A stretch of 64,000 bases of DNA from Pseudomonadales bacterium (GTDB taxonomy: Bacteria > Pseudomonadota > Gammaproteobacteria > Pseudomonadales > GM7GCV1): positions 511,648 through 575,647 of the forward strand of contig OZ244871.1 of NCBI GenBank assembly GCA_965221105.1, in the 5' to 3' direction. The translations under genes and the position numbers were made by a program. The notes beneath the pieces are model-generated. The model was not told where the DNA came from, searched no databases, and saw only the letters and a program-made list of their open reading frames with translations. Shown here in pieces: positions 1 to 9,507 of the stretch (positions within the stretch are counted from its first letter, which is position 1; every line of letters begins with the position of its first letter).

Positions 1-9
1 AGTCTCGCT

Positions 10-2331
10 ATGTACAGGATCAGAAAGATGCTGACGAACGTTCGCATAATTACTGGGTGGTTCGCTGCGCCCGACTGGACTCTCTCTCCCCAACCTAGAC
101 AGGGCGCAGCCAGGAAGTGGCTGCTTGCAGGACTTGCGGCAGTTGTTGCGTCTGGTTTAATTGACGCAAGTGCCCTGGCGCAGTCGCAAAGTGACGTATC
201 CGGCGGGCTCGCCATTGAAGAGATCATCGTCACGGCCAGCAAGCGCGAGGAAAACCTGCAGGATGTGTCTGTTTCCATCACCGCCTTCAGCAGCGATGAC
301 ATCAGCGCACTGGGGTTTGACAACGGTCTGGACATCAGCGACCAGGTACCCAACTTCACCGTGCAGTCCCTGTTCGGGCCTTCGGGGCCACCATTTTTGA
401 ATATTCGGGGCGTTTCAACTGTCGCCTTTACCGTAGTCAACGAGACAGCAGCCGCTACCTATGTCGATGACGTGTATCAGGGCAGTATTTCTGCGGTCAC
501 CGGGCAGCTGTTCGATGTCGAGCGCGTTGAAGTGCTTCGCGGCCCCCAAGGGACAATCTTTGGCCGCAACACGACCGCCGGGCTCGTTCACTATGTGTCG
601 CGCAAGCCGACGGAAGCGCTCGATGGCTATGTGTCACTGCAGCTGGGCGAGAACGAGCAGGTCATTGTTGAAACGGCGGTGAGCAACACGCTGACCGAAG
701 GGGTCCGTGGACGAATCGCCTACAAACAGCACCGCGACGATGGTCTCCAGAAGAACACCAACCCGGCGTTCAACAACGCGAGAGCCGGCGTCACCGATGT
801 GCGCTCGGCCCGAGGCACACTGCAGTTCGATATCGGCGATGCCTGGATGGCGGAAGTCAGCACACACTGGGCGGAGTCCGACTCGACCTTGCCGGGCTAT
901 CGTTTCGCAGGGCTGTTCGACGAAACCCTGACGCCCGGCGTGCCCTGCAGTGTCAGCGACTTTCTCAATGACCGCTGCTTCAACGGTGCCGGGGGCAGTG
1001 ACTTCGACCCGGACCCCAAAGAGACCTATTCGGTATTTGATGGCAGTGACAACACCTATGATGCTTACGGCGGCTACCTAAGGTTCACTGGCGACCTCGG
1101 CTTCGCCAACTTTCTATCGACCACCGCCTATGAAACGTTCGATAGTCTGACTGTTCAGGACTACAATATCATTGAAATGGCATCGGTTCGTCGCACCGCT
1201 CCATTTGATATTGAACACGAACAAGTCACGCAGGAATTCCGCCTTGACGGCAGCACCGACTCGTTTGACTGGCTAGCTGGCTTCTTCTACTACAGCGATA
1301 AAAAAGCTATCGGCTTGGATTTTGTCTTCGCCCCAGATTCACCTGCTTCCCTGGGCTACAGAACCGCAACAGAAACCGATTCCTACGCATTGTTTGGAGA
1401 AATTGACTTCGGTCTCACTGACGACTTACGACTCATAGCCGGCGGCAGGGTAACTCAGGAAGATCGGGAGTTAACTCGATATGATGGCGGTGGCGGTGGC
1501 GAATTTGAACCAATAGACGAATTTGATCTTATCGACGATGTCGACGAAACAGAGTTCACTTGGAGGTTTGCTGCTGAGTATCAGTCAGTAGATGATCAAC
1601 TGTACTACGCTCAAATTTCCAAAGGGTTCAAAAGTGGCTCCTATAATTCTTCGATAAACCCTACCCTTCAAGGTGTCCTAAACACCGGTCCGGCTGATTC
1701 AGAAACCGTCATCAACTACGAACTCGGTGCTAAAACCGAGTGGCTGAACAGCCGGCTGCGTCTGAATGCCGCTGTCTTCTATCAGGACTTCAACGATATA
1801 CAACAGACGATCTCCACTGATGAACTGAGTCAGGTGTTCAGTAACGCAGGCACTGTCACGATGCACGGCATTGAGCTGGATCTTGCCTATCTACCCACCG
1901 AATGGATGCAAATCAGCTTTGGCGCCGCGACACTTGAATCTGATATCGATTCCAATTCTGATCTTCTTGATGGTAAAGAGCTGGGTGCCCCGGATTACAA
2001 TCTCAATGGCGTCGTCCGCATCTTCCAGGATCTGGGTTCTCATGGGCGCCTGACGTATCAACTCGATGGTCGCTATCAGGATGATACCTTCCTGTTTCCC
2101 GACAATAACCCCTATGAGTTCCAGGAGGCCTATGGCATCTGGAATGCACGATTAATCTGGAATTCGGCTAACGAAATTTATTCCATCACAGGATTTGTCG
2201 AAAATGCCGGGGATGAGGAGTATGTCACTTATGCCCTGCAGTCAACGCCAGCGAACATCAACTCGTTCGGGTTCAGAACCAACGGCCTGCCGCGGCTGTG
2301 GGGTGTGAAGCTGGCGATGACATTGCAGTAG
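10..2331 (+). CDS. TonB-dependent outer-membrane receptor (no N-terminal signalling domain)
   Basis: 773-aa ORF. Signal-like N-terminus (LAGLAAVVASGLIDASALA), plug motif EEIIVTASKREENLQDVSVSITAF, barrel C-terminus PRLWGVKLAMTLQ. Collinear paralogue of 25223..28045. Confidence 0.9.
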   Translation: MYRIRKMLTNVRIITGWFAAPDWTLSPQPRQGAARKWLLAGLAAVVASGLIDASALAQSQSDVSGGLAIEEIIVTASKREENLQDVSVSITAFSSDDISALGFDNGLDISDQVPNFTVQSLFGPSGPPFLNIRGVSTVAFTVVNETAAATYVDDVYQGSISAVTGQLFDVERVEVLRGPQGTIFGRNTTAGLVHYVSRKPTEALDGYVSLQLGENEQVIVETAVSNTLTEGVRGRIAYKQHRDDGLQKNTNPAFNNARAGVTDVRSARGTLQFDIGDAWMAEVSTHWAESDSTLPGYRFAGLFDETLTPGVPCSVSDFLNDRCFNGAGGSDFDPDPKETYSVFDGSDNTYDAYGGYLRFTGDLGFANFLSTTAYETFDSLTVQDYNIIEMASVRRTAPFDIEHEQVTQEFRLDGSTDSFDWLAGFFYYSDKKAIGLDFVFAPDSPASLGYRTATETDSYALFGEIDFGLTDDLRLIAGGRVTQEDRELTRYDGGGGGEFEPIDEFDLIDDVDETEFTWRFAAEYQSVDDQLYYAQISKGFKSGSYNSSINPTLQGVLNTGPADSETVINYELGAKTEWLNSRLRLNAAVFYQDFNDIQQTISTDELSQVFSNAGTVTMHGIELDLAYLPTEWMQISFGAATLESDIDSNSDLLDGKELGAPDYNLNGVVRIFQDLGSHGRLTYQLDGRYQDDTFLFPDNNPYEFQEAYGIWNARLIWNSANEIYSITGFVENAGDEEYVTYALQSTPANINSFGFRTNGLPRLWGVKLAMTLQ

Positions 2332-2342
2332 ATTAGGGGGCT

Positions 2343-3204
2343 GTGAACGGAGAAAAGGACAACAAGCCTAAGAGCATACTTGTGACCGGCGCGTCATCAG
2401 GTATCGCCAGGGATATTGCGCAATACCTTCACAAGAAGGGGTACAAGGTAATCGCCGCAGCCCGTCGCTTGAATAGAATGGCTCCGCTGAAAGTTCAAGG
2501 CATTTATACCGTGAAGATGGATGGGGCAATTCTGCATCGATTGACACGGCGCTGGCAGACATTCGTAGTCATGTTGGAGAGATTGATGTCCCTGTCAATA
2601 CCGCTGGCGTGATGTCTATGGTGCCAGCAGAACTTGCGGATATGGATGAAATCAAGCACCTCTTCAACATCAACTTGTTCAGCGTCATCAAATTGACCCA
2701 GAAATACTTGCCCCATAGGCGCGCACAGGGCTGGGCCGCGCATTGAATGTCGCTTCCACCGGTGGCATCAGAGCCGTGCCTTTTAACAACGTCTATGCGT
2801 CTTAAAAGTTTGCCCTCGAAGGGTGGACGCGCTGCCTGAAACAGGAAGGCAGATAATATGGTATTGAGGTCGCTGTCATTCGCCCCGGCCCCATCAAAAG
2901 CGACATTTTTGAGGGAAGCTTCGTCAGCGAAAAGGAGTATGCCTGGACGGGACCCTGCAAGGAGGATTTTACCCGCGTGATGAATACGTCAAGCGAACTG
3001 ATGAGTGAGAATAGCCTAGAGCGGGTGTGTATTTCAGAGATTGTGTACGAAGCCATTACCTCTGATTCACTCAAGGTTGGCTATATCGGACCGCAAGAAC
3101 TCGAAGATAGCATACAACACGAGATCCAGAGCCTGACGGACGACGAGCGTGACCGCCGGGCCGCTGAACGCTGGGACTTGTGCGGCATCAAAGAATCAAT
3201 CTAG
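2343..3204 (+). pseudogene. Short-chain dehydrogenase/reductase (SDR), decayed
   Basis: Starts with the Rossmann motif SILVTGASSGIA. Conserved SDR blocks (GEIDVPVNTAGV; LNVASTGGIRAVPFNNVYAS; IEVAVIRPGPIKSDIF) can only be followed by shifting frame near ~2520 and ~2735. Two in-frame TAA codons: 2803..2805 inside the catalytic YxxxK (VYAS*KFALEG) and 2854..2856 (QEGR*YGIEV). Confidence 0.8.
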
Positions 3205-4559
3205 TGCTCCGTCAAGCTGACATTGCCGGATCAGCGCCGAACTACCCAAAGCCCGGCTATGCCTGGTTTGTTGTTGCCGTATTAATGATCGCCTACCTGC
3301 TGGCGTTAGTCGATCGAATTATTCTCACGTTGCTGGTTGCCCCGATTCAGGAAGATATGGGGCTCAGCGATACCCAAATAAGCCTGCTGCACGGCATGGC
3401 TTTTGCGTTGTTCTACACCTTGCTCGGCTTTCCTCTCGGCCGACTGGTCGATCGGTTGAATCGTGTCAATATCATTGCCTGGGGCGTCGCTGTCTGGAGT
3501 TTGATGACGGCATTGTGCGGTGTTGCGAAGAATTTCACTCATTTATTTTTAGCTCGTATCGGTGTAGGTGTTGGCGAAGCAGCGTTAAGTCCAGCTGCCT
3601 ATTCGCTGATATCTGATTATTTTCCGCCTGACAAGCGATCGCGAGCCTTGAGCGTTTATGTTGCTGGCTCTCAGCTGGGCATTGGTATTTCTTTCCTGCT
3701 TGGCGGCCTCCTCATCAGTGCGGTCAGCATATTGCCCGATCTCGATTTGCCGATACTGGGCAAAATACACTCATGGCAACTGGTGTTCTTTATTGTTGGC
3801 CTTCCTGGCTTGCTTTTTCTCCTCATCCTCAAGCTGGTGAAAGAGCCTGCGCGCCAGGGCAAGCTCGATAAAGCACAGCAAAACGCTGGCATTCCTTTAA
3901 GGGAGCTCGGCCAGTTTTTGACATTGAACAAGAGAACATTCATATCGATTTTTCTAAGCATCGGTTTTACCAATGCGACTCTTCAGGCACAGTTCCTATG
4001 GCTGCCGACCTTCCTTTATCGAACCTATGGCATGGAAGCGACCGATAGTGCTGGGATCATCGGTGCGATTTTCGCCATAGGAGGCGTCTCCGGAACTATC
4101 TTCGCTGGCTGGTTAGCCGATTACTGGCAAAGCCGGGACAAAGGTATCGCCATTGTCATGTTGATTTTTGGCACGTGCGCTTTGGCCATTCTCCCAACAG
4201 CGCTTGCGCCGCTGATGCCGATAGCCACATGGGTGTTCATCGCTTTGGTGCCTGCGATCATTTGTTATTGTATTCCAACAGGTCTTGCAGTTTCGGCAAT
4301 TCAGCAGGTGGTGCCGAATGAATTGCGGGGTCAGATATCAGCGCTCTATCTGTTCACCATTAACGTTATCGGACTTACTATCGGCCCGACCGGTGTCGCT
4401 CTGCTCACCGACTATTACTTTCAAGACAGTGCGGATTTACGTTATTCGCTGGCAATCAGCACCACATGCTTTGCCCTGGGGGCGGCATTAGCCGCACTCT
4501 ATGGGATTCAAGGCTATCGACACAGCCTAGAGCGAGCCAAGCAGTGGCACAGAGGCTGA
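3180..4559 (+). CDS. MFS transporter (partner of the upstream TBDR)
   Basis: 459-aa ORF with many hydrophobic helices. MFS loop motif GFPLGRLVDRLNRVNII. N-terminal block LVDRIILTLLVAPIQEDMGLSDTQISLL resembles the MFS at 28179..29432. Exact start uncertain (GTG 3180 or later). Confidence 0.85.
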   Translation: MRHQRINLVLRQADIAGSAPNYPKPGYAWFVVAVLMIAYLLALVDRIILTLLVAPIQEDMGLSDTQISLLHGMAFALFYTLLGFPLGRLVDRLNRVNIIAWGVAVWSLMTALCGVAKNFTHLFLARIGVGVGEAALSPAAYSLISDYFPPDKRSRALSVYVAGSQLGIGISFLLGGLLISAVSILPDLDLPILGKIHSWQLVFFIVGLPGLLFLLILKLVKEPARQGKLDKAQQNAGIPLRELGQFLTLNKRTFISIFLSIGFTNATLQAQFLWLPTFLYRTYGMEATDSAGIIGAIFAIGGVSGTIFAGWLADYWQSRDKGIAIVMLIFGTCALAILPTALAPLMPIATWVFIALVPAIICYCIPTGLAVSAIQQVVPNELRGQISALYLFTINVIGLTIGPTGVALLTDYYFQDSADLRYSLAISTTCFALGAALAALYGIQGYRHSLERAKQWHRG

Positions 4560-4616
4560 TCTGCGATGGCGTTGGTGGTGCGAGAGCTTGAAAAGCAATA
4601 CAGCACCGACCAAAAT

Positions 4617-4679
4617 ATTATTAACATCAGGATGCATATTAACATTAGTAATGTTAATATGCATCCTGATGTTAATAAT
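4617..4679. repeat. 63-bp perfect palindrome (31-nt arms, 1-nt centre); putative operator and/or hairpin
   Basis: attattaacatcaggatgcatattaacatta g taatgttaatatgcatcctgatgttaataat. The arms are exact reverse complements. AT-rich, 58 nt after the MFS stop and 11-20 nt before candidate ATGs (4690/4699) of the next gene. Confidence 0.95.
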
Positions 4680-4689
4680 GAACTGTGAA

Positions 4690-5676
4690 ATGCTGGCAAT
4701 GCATATCGCCACCGAGCTCCAGAGCTATCTCGAAGACACGCTCCACGAACCCGCAAGGGTTTCTGCGCTCCACGGCGCACCCAGCCTCCCTTCGTTTCTT
4801 TCTCGGATGTACAGCTTGCTTGAAGGTCAGGTAGCCGGACGGCGATGTATCTTCCTCGCGACCACAGACAGCACTTTCACACCGTCCGGGATTGCCAAGC
4901 ATGTCGCCCTGGTCCGCCCCACTGTTGACGCGATCATCGTCTTCGTCGCTCCGTGGCTGAGCGCACACAACCGCTCGCGCCTCATCGGACAAGGAATTCC
5001 GTTCGTGGTGCCCGGCAAACAACTCTATATCCCTGACCTCGCGATGGACTTGCGTGAACGCTTCGGCACGCCGAAGCCGAGGCGCTCAGCCGGACTCTCG
5101 CCGGCGGCTCAAGCGCTATTGTTTCATCGTCTCCTGCGGCTCAACAAGACCGCAACAACCCCATCCCTCGCGGCGGCACAGCTGCACTACTCCGCGATGT
5201 CGATCAGCCGTGCGTTCGATGACCTGGTCGTTGCCGGACTTGCCCATACCGAACGACACGGTAGGGAGCGACGCATCCGGTTCGAGGCCGAAGGAAGGCA
5301 ACTGTTCGATGCCGCCCACGACCTGCTGCGCAGCCCGGTGCGCACCGAGAAGTTCATTCTGGACGTTCACGCTGCTCCGCCGTTGAAACTTGCAGGTGAG
5401 AGCGCGCTTGCCGAGTTGTCCAACCTATCCCCGCCCCCGCTGCCGACATTGGCGGTCGCGGCCAATGAATGGAGGATTTTCGCCCAGACCCATGAACTCG
5501 TAGAAACCGGCCGAGATCAGGCTTCCCACATCGTGGAAACCTGGTCATATGACCCAGAAGCCTTATCTACGGAACAGACCGTGGATCCGCTCTCGCTCTA
5601 CGCGCAGTTCCACGATCACCGCGATGAGCGCGTGTCCATGGCTGCGGAACGATTATTGGACGAACTGCCGTGGTAA
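4690..5676 (+). CDS. wHTH (MarR-like) domain protein, AbiEi-like putative antitoxin/regulator
   Basis: The ORF track starts at 4588, but its first ~34 codons merely translate the palindrome, so ATG 4690 or 4699 is more plausible. Central HTH-like segment LSPAAQALLFHRLLRLNKTATTPSLAAAQLHYSAMSISRAFDDLVVAGLAHTERHGRERRIRF. Its stop overlaps the GTG start of the next gene (GTGGTAA). Confidence 0.6.
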   Translation: MLAMHIATELQSYLEDTLHEPARVSALHGAPSLPSFLSRMYSLLEGQVAGRRCIFLATTDSTFTPSGIAKHVALVRPTVDAIIVFVAPWLSAHNRSRLIGQGIPFVVPGKQLYIPDLAMDLRERFGTPKPRRSAGLSPAAQALLFHRLLRLNKTATTPSLAAAQLHYSAMSISRAFDDLVVAGLAHTERHGRERRIRFEAEGRQLFDAAHDLLRSPVRTEKFILDVHAAPPLKLAGESALAELSNLSPPPLPTLAVAANEWRIFAQTHELVETGRDQASHIVETWSYDPEALSTEQTVDPLSLYAQFHDHRDERVSMAAERLLDELPW

Positions 5677-6440
5677 CCGGAATCGGCAAGTTTCGCGAAT
5701 ACTTCGCAGCCCACGAAGATCAATACGCAATCATCGGCGGTAGCGCTTGCGATCTGCTGTTCGACGCTGCCGGCCTCGATTTCAGGGCGACCAAGGACAT
5801 CGACATGGTGCTCTGCGTCGAGGTCGTGGATGTTGAATTCGGACGGGCCTTCCGCGCATTTCTGGAAGCGGGCGGATACCAAGCCCGCGAACGGAGTGAC
5901 GGGCGCAGGGAATTCTATCGCTTCCATCGTCCGACCGACCCAAACTTCCCCTCAATGATCGAACTCTTTGCGCGGTGGCCGGTGGACCTTGATCTGCCTG
6001 AAAATGAAATCTACACGCGGATGCCGGTAGACCAGGACATAGTCAGCCTCTCGGCGATCCTGCTGGACGAAGACTATTTCAAGGCACTCCGGACCGCCAA
6101 ACGCCAGCTCGACGGCGTCACGATCATCGACGAGACCCTACTCATACCCTTCAAGGCCCGTGCGGTTCTCGATCTCACCACTCGCTCCGAAGAGGGCGCA
6201 AACGTCAATCGAAAAGACATCAGGAAACATCGCAACGATGTCTTCCGGCTGGCACAGCTTCTGCCTGAGGATGCAAAGATCGCACTGCCGGATCCCGTCC
6301 GCAGGGATCTTCGCACCTTCGTCGACCTGGTTCAGGCGGACCAGACTCTTGACCCCAGTGCGTTTGACATTGCATTTACTCGGGACGAGGCAGCCGAATT
6401 TCTCCGCACGGTGTACCAGCTGACGGAGAAGCACAGGTGA
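5670..6440 (+). CDS. Nucleotidyltransferase-fold protein, AbiEii/AbiGii-like putative toxin
   Basis: 256 aa. NTase motifs IIGGSACDLL and RATKDIDMVLCVE. Later block FKARAVLDL...RKDIRKHRNDVFRL is as in AbiEii-type proteins. Translationally coupled to 4690..5676. Confidence 0.65.
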   Translation: MVTGIGKFREYFAAHEDQYAIIGGSACDLLFDAAGLDFRATKDIDMVLCVEVVDVEFGRAFRAFLEAGGYQARERSDGRREFYRFHRPTDPNFPSMIELFARWPVDLDLPENEIYTRMPVDQDIVSLSAILLDEDYFKALRTAKRQLDGVTIIDETLLIPFKARAVLDLTTRSEEGANVNRKDIRKHRNDVFRLAQLLPEDAKIALPDPVRRDLRTFVDLVQADQTLDPSAFDIAFTRDEAAEFLRTVYQLTEKHR

Positions 6441-6562
6441 CTCTCACAGGCACCCAGAGGATGGCACTCTCATGCCAGCAGCACTCTGACGACTCTGGCT
6501 TGGGCAGCCCCAGAGGGCCCGAGACCATGTTCAATGATGCGACGGACGAGAAGTGATCGACC

Positions 6563-6857
6563 GTGGACGGTCAATCCTGCATTCTTATGGTTGTTCACTC
6601 GGAGCAGGCCCGGATAATTGGAGGTGCAATCCATCTCAATAGCCCAGAGCCCCGAATGAACAACCTGTTGAAAGATCACACTCGAGTATCCCAGCGTACC
6701 GGCAGCACCTGTGAGTTGTGTGTCTCCGTATGCCACTTCCCACCTGGTACCAGTACATGGAATATGATCGAGCACCGCATGTTCAGCCATGTCACCCAGA
6801 ACTGGCGAGGCAGGTCCCTGGTGAGCCATGAGGTCATCGTCAACCTGATCGGTATGC
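6563..6857 (+). mobile_element. ISAzo13-family DDE transposase, C-terminal fragment
   Basis: VCHFPPGTSTWNMIEHRMFSHVTQNWRGRSLVSHEVIVNLIG matches the conserved C-terminal block of ISAzo13-type transposases. No N-terminal part. The reading frame runs directly into a P450 remnant. Confidence 0.6.
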
Positions 6858-7432
6858 TGATGAACACTGAGGTCAATGGAGAACACCTCAGTGATGAGGA
6901 AGTGCGCTCTTTTCTGGTCAACATTGTCAGTGCCGGACTCGATACCACAAGCCGCCAGACCGCGATTCTGGTCACTCAACTGCTGGAACATCCGGAGCAG
7001 CTTGAACTGCTCCGGCAGCAACCGGAATTGCTCGATCAGGCAATATGGGAGTCGCTGCGCTGCTACCCCACAACGGGTACCTTTCCCCGTGTCGCCCGAT
7101 CCGACACGGAAGTCGTGGGCATCGAGATACCGAAGGGCTCAAGAATATTTATCGCGATCTCTGCGGCAAACCACGACCCCAGCCGCTGGGAAAATCCGCT
7201 GGTCTTTGATATCACGCGCGAAAAGCAGCCAATCATGTCGTTTAACATGGGGTCGCACTCCTGCCTTGGTCAGAATCTTGCCCTGGCAGAAATCAGCATT
7301 GCGCTGCAGGGCCTGCTGGACAAACTGCCAAATCTCCGCAAGGACGAAGATCGCTGGCACAGCCTCAGGTGGTCCGGCTACTATTTCCGCTCTCCCACCC
7401 AGCTTCCCGTGAAGTGGGACATTCCGTCATGA
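6858..7432 (+). pseudogene. Cytochrome P450, C-terminal half only
   Basis: I-helix-like VSAGLDTTS, ExxR (ESLR), heme loop FNMGSHSCLGQNLA. The N-terminal ~200 aa are replaced by the IS fragment. Confidence 0.8.
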
Positions 7433-7940
7433 GAATCTCTCAAAAGCTCCTGCCAACGGGCTTGGAGTTATCCAGTGGGCAGGGATGAATTGGCGACTGA
7501 AATCGTCGTCGCCAGATAGACCATCACTCTCGTCGGAACCAATCTGGAGAAAGCCCGTAACCAGATGGCTCTCGCAGGCACAGGCATCGCCTGAATGGCG
7601 GGTCGGGCAGCCTCCGCTGCTCTCCTCTTCGCCGGTGAGGCAGCGTATTGCACCTTCCCTGTGCTGGACACTCACCGCTTCAGCAAAGCCGATCAGCCCA
7701 GTCAGTGGACGCACGATTGACAGCCGCATCAGGAACCTGTGTCGCACACTCAATCGTACCGACTGCAGAGCAGACCTGACCCGGTCACTCCATGGGGCGG
7801 GCTGCACACCGGAATAGAGTTTTTTGGCATGGATACGCTTTTGCCGTTATTATGGGGATGTCACGCAGGGGAGAGCTTGTGAAGCAACCATACTTCTAAA
7901 ATCGCCGTACGTGACATCGGTATTGAATCGGAGGCACACA

Positions 7941-8573
7941 ATGACAGAACTATTCGACATTATCATTCGTTGGCTACACCTGGTATTCGGTATTACCTGG
8001 ATCGGTATGCTTTATTACTTCAACTTTGTGCAGGGTGGATACTTCAAGCAGGCTACCCCTGAGGGTCTGGCGGATGCCAAGGCGAAACTGGCTCCGAGTG
8101 CACTCTGGTGGTTCCGCTGGGGCGCGATGCTCACCTTCCTCACCGGCCTTCTTCTGCTTGAATTTGTGTGGCGCAACAACTTTTTCAACGATTTCATCGT
8201 CGTCGGCGCGCTTATGGGCACACTGATGTTCCTGAATGTCTGGCTGGTTATCTGGCCAAATCAGAAGATCGCTTTGGGCATGGTCGAGGGTGATGGGCCA
8301 GCCGCAGCAGGGAAGGCGCTGCTCGCATCTCGCACCAACACCCTGTTCTCCGGCCCTATGGCCTTTGGCATGCTGGCTGGGGCTCACTATCCAGGTCAGG
8401 GCTACGGCACTGGTGTGGGCGGGGCAGATTTGTGGATTGCCATTGCCGTTGTTGCCGTCCTGGAGGTCAATGCACTGGCGGGCAAACAGGGGCCTCTCAC
8501 CACAGTAAAGGGTGTGATCTGCAGCAGCTTTGCGCTCACTGCGGCAATGATCGCTCTACTGGTTCTGCTTTAA
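7941..8573 (+). CDS. Integral membrane protein, PuuD N-terminal-domain-like (urate hydroxylase family membrane module)
   Basis: ATG 7941 is preceded by ggagg (7931..7935). WLHLVFGITWIGMLYYFNFVQGGYF motif and several TM segments. Confidence 0.65.
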   Translation: MTELFDIIIRWLHLVFGITWIGMLYYFNFVQGGYFKQATPEGLADAKAKLAPSALWWFRWGAMLTFLTGLLLLEFVWRNNFFNDFIVVGALMGTLMFLNVWLVIWPNQKIALGMVEGDGPAAAGKALLASRTNTLFSGPMAFGMLAGAHYPGQGYGTGVGGADLWIAIAVVAVLEVNALAGKQGPLTTVKGVICSSFALTAAMIALLVLL

Positions 8574-8594
8574 GCAGGAGCTCGTCGACGGATG

Positions 8595-8620
8595 GGAGGT
8601 GGCATGGCCACCTCCTTCTG
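8595..8620 (+). terminator. Candidate rho-independent terminator
   Basis: ggaggtggc-atg-gccacctcc is a perfect 9-bp stem, followed by ttctgt, 22 nt after the stop at 8573. Confidence 0.45.
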
Positions 8621-8690
8621 TCCGGGATATCCGATCCGGAATTTCACACACCTGGTAAGTACACATCGACCATGTTCGACAAAATCGAAT

Positions 8691-8942
8691 TCATAAAACG
8701 TAACTACTCGCACCCTTCTCCTGCTTGATCATGTCGGCGGCGGTGCCGTTGAGGGCGATCTGGATGGCGGTCAGCGGGTTGTAGCCCTGGTTGGCCATGG
8801 ACTGGAGATAGCTGGAGATTCGGCAGTGCGGGCAGGTCGTGATCTCGGCCTCGACCGTCAACTCGCGGGTCTCGGCGCTCATCGCGCCGTCCGCACACAG
8901 CGCCTCGAAGCGCGCTGTGTGCGCGTCGAACTCCGAGCACAA
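8691..8942 (-). pseudogene. Carboxymuconolactone decarboxylase / AhpD-like family, 5'-truncated or frameshifted
   Basis: ARFEALCADGAMSAETRELTVEAEITTCPHCRISSY fits the CMD-family core (K/ETRELxxxA...CxxC). The frame opens without an ATG (only TTG 8942). An ATG at 9036 lies in another frame. Confidence 0.45.
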
Positions 8943-9109
8943 CGACGCCGTGTTGACCGTCGCCTTGGAACCACACTATGCGGTGCCCATGACCCTGTGT
9001 GATCATGAAACGCACACACCAGAGAACCTCTTTCATATGGAGTCAAGGGTGGGGGTGAGTAGTTACCATAAAACCTTTCTGTGACCCAGGCTTTATGGGG
9101 CCTATCTGA

Positions 9110-9484
9110 TTATCCTTCAGTACCGGTGGAGACAAAAATCCATTCAAATATTTCGATCCGGATTTTACCTCGGCGACCGCCCGCAACGGCTGGTATTGTC
9201 ACGGCAGTCCCTTTATTGGCATGCACAGCTGTTGGGAGAATGTCTTTTCTCATGGAGGGCAGGATCTGAAGCCGGAGACCTATTGTGTCGATGTGCACGA
9301 AATTATTGATGCCGGCCCGGATACACTCATAGTGCTGGCACACTACACTGGCGATTCAGTGCGCTCGGGCGGACACCACAGAATCCAGGTGGCCCATGTC
9401 TGGACCTTCAAAAACGGGCGCATCAAGGAATTTCGGCAATACACTGACACCTACCATATGCAGCACTTTGACGAGATCGCGTAA
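9110..9484 (+). pseudogene. SnoaL-like / NTF2-fold protein, N-terminally truncated
   Basis: C-terminal signature RIQVAHVWTFKNGRIKEFRQYTDT. The frame is open from the stop at 9107 but has no start codon before ATG 9221, so the usual N-terminal helix is missing. Confidence 0.5.
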
Positions 9485-9507
9485 TTGTATGGTCTGGATG
9501 TGCTCCC

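Noticed and set aside
7427-7807. 126-aa minus-strand ORF after the P450 remnant, considered as a [2Fe-2S] ferredoxin because of GDACACESHLV and several Cys.
   Set aside because: The cysteine spacing and order do not match adrenodoxin-, plant- or 3Fe-4S-type ferredoxins, and no RBS was seen. It is possibly a degraded gene, but it cannot be supported.
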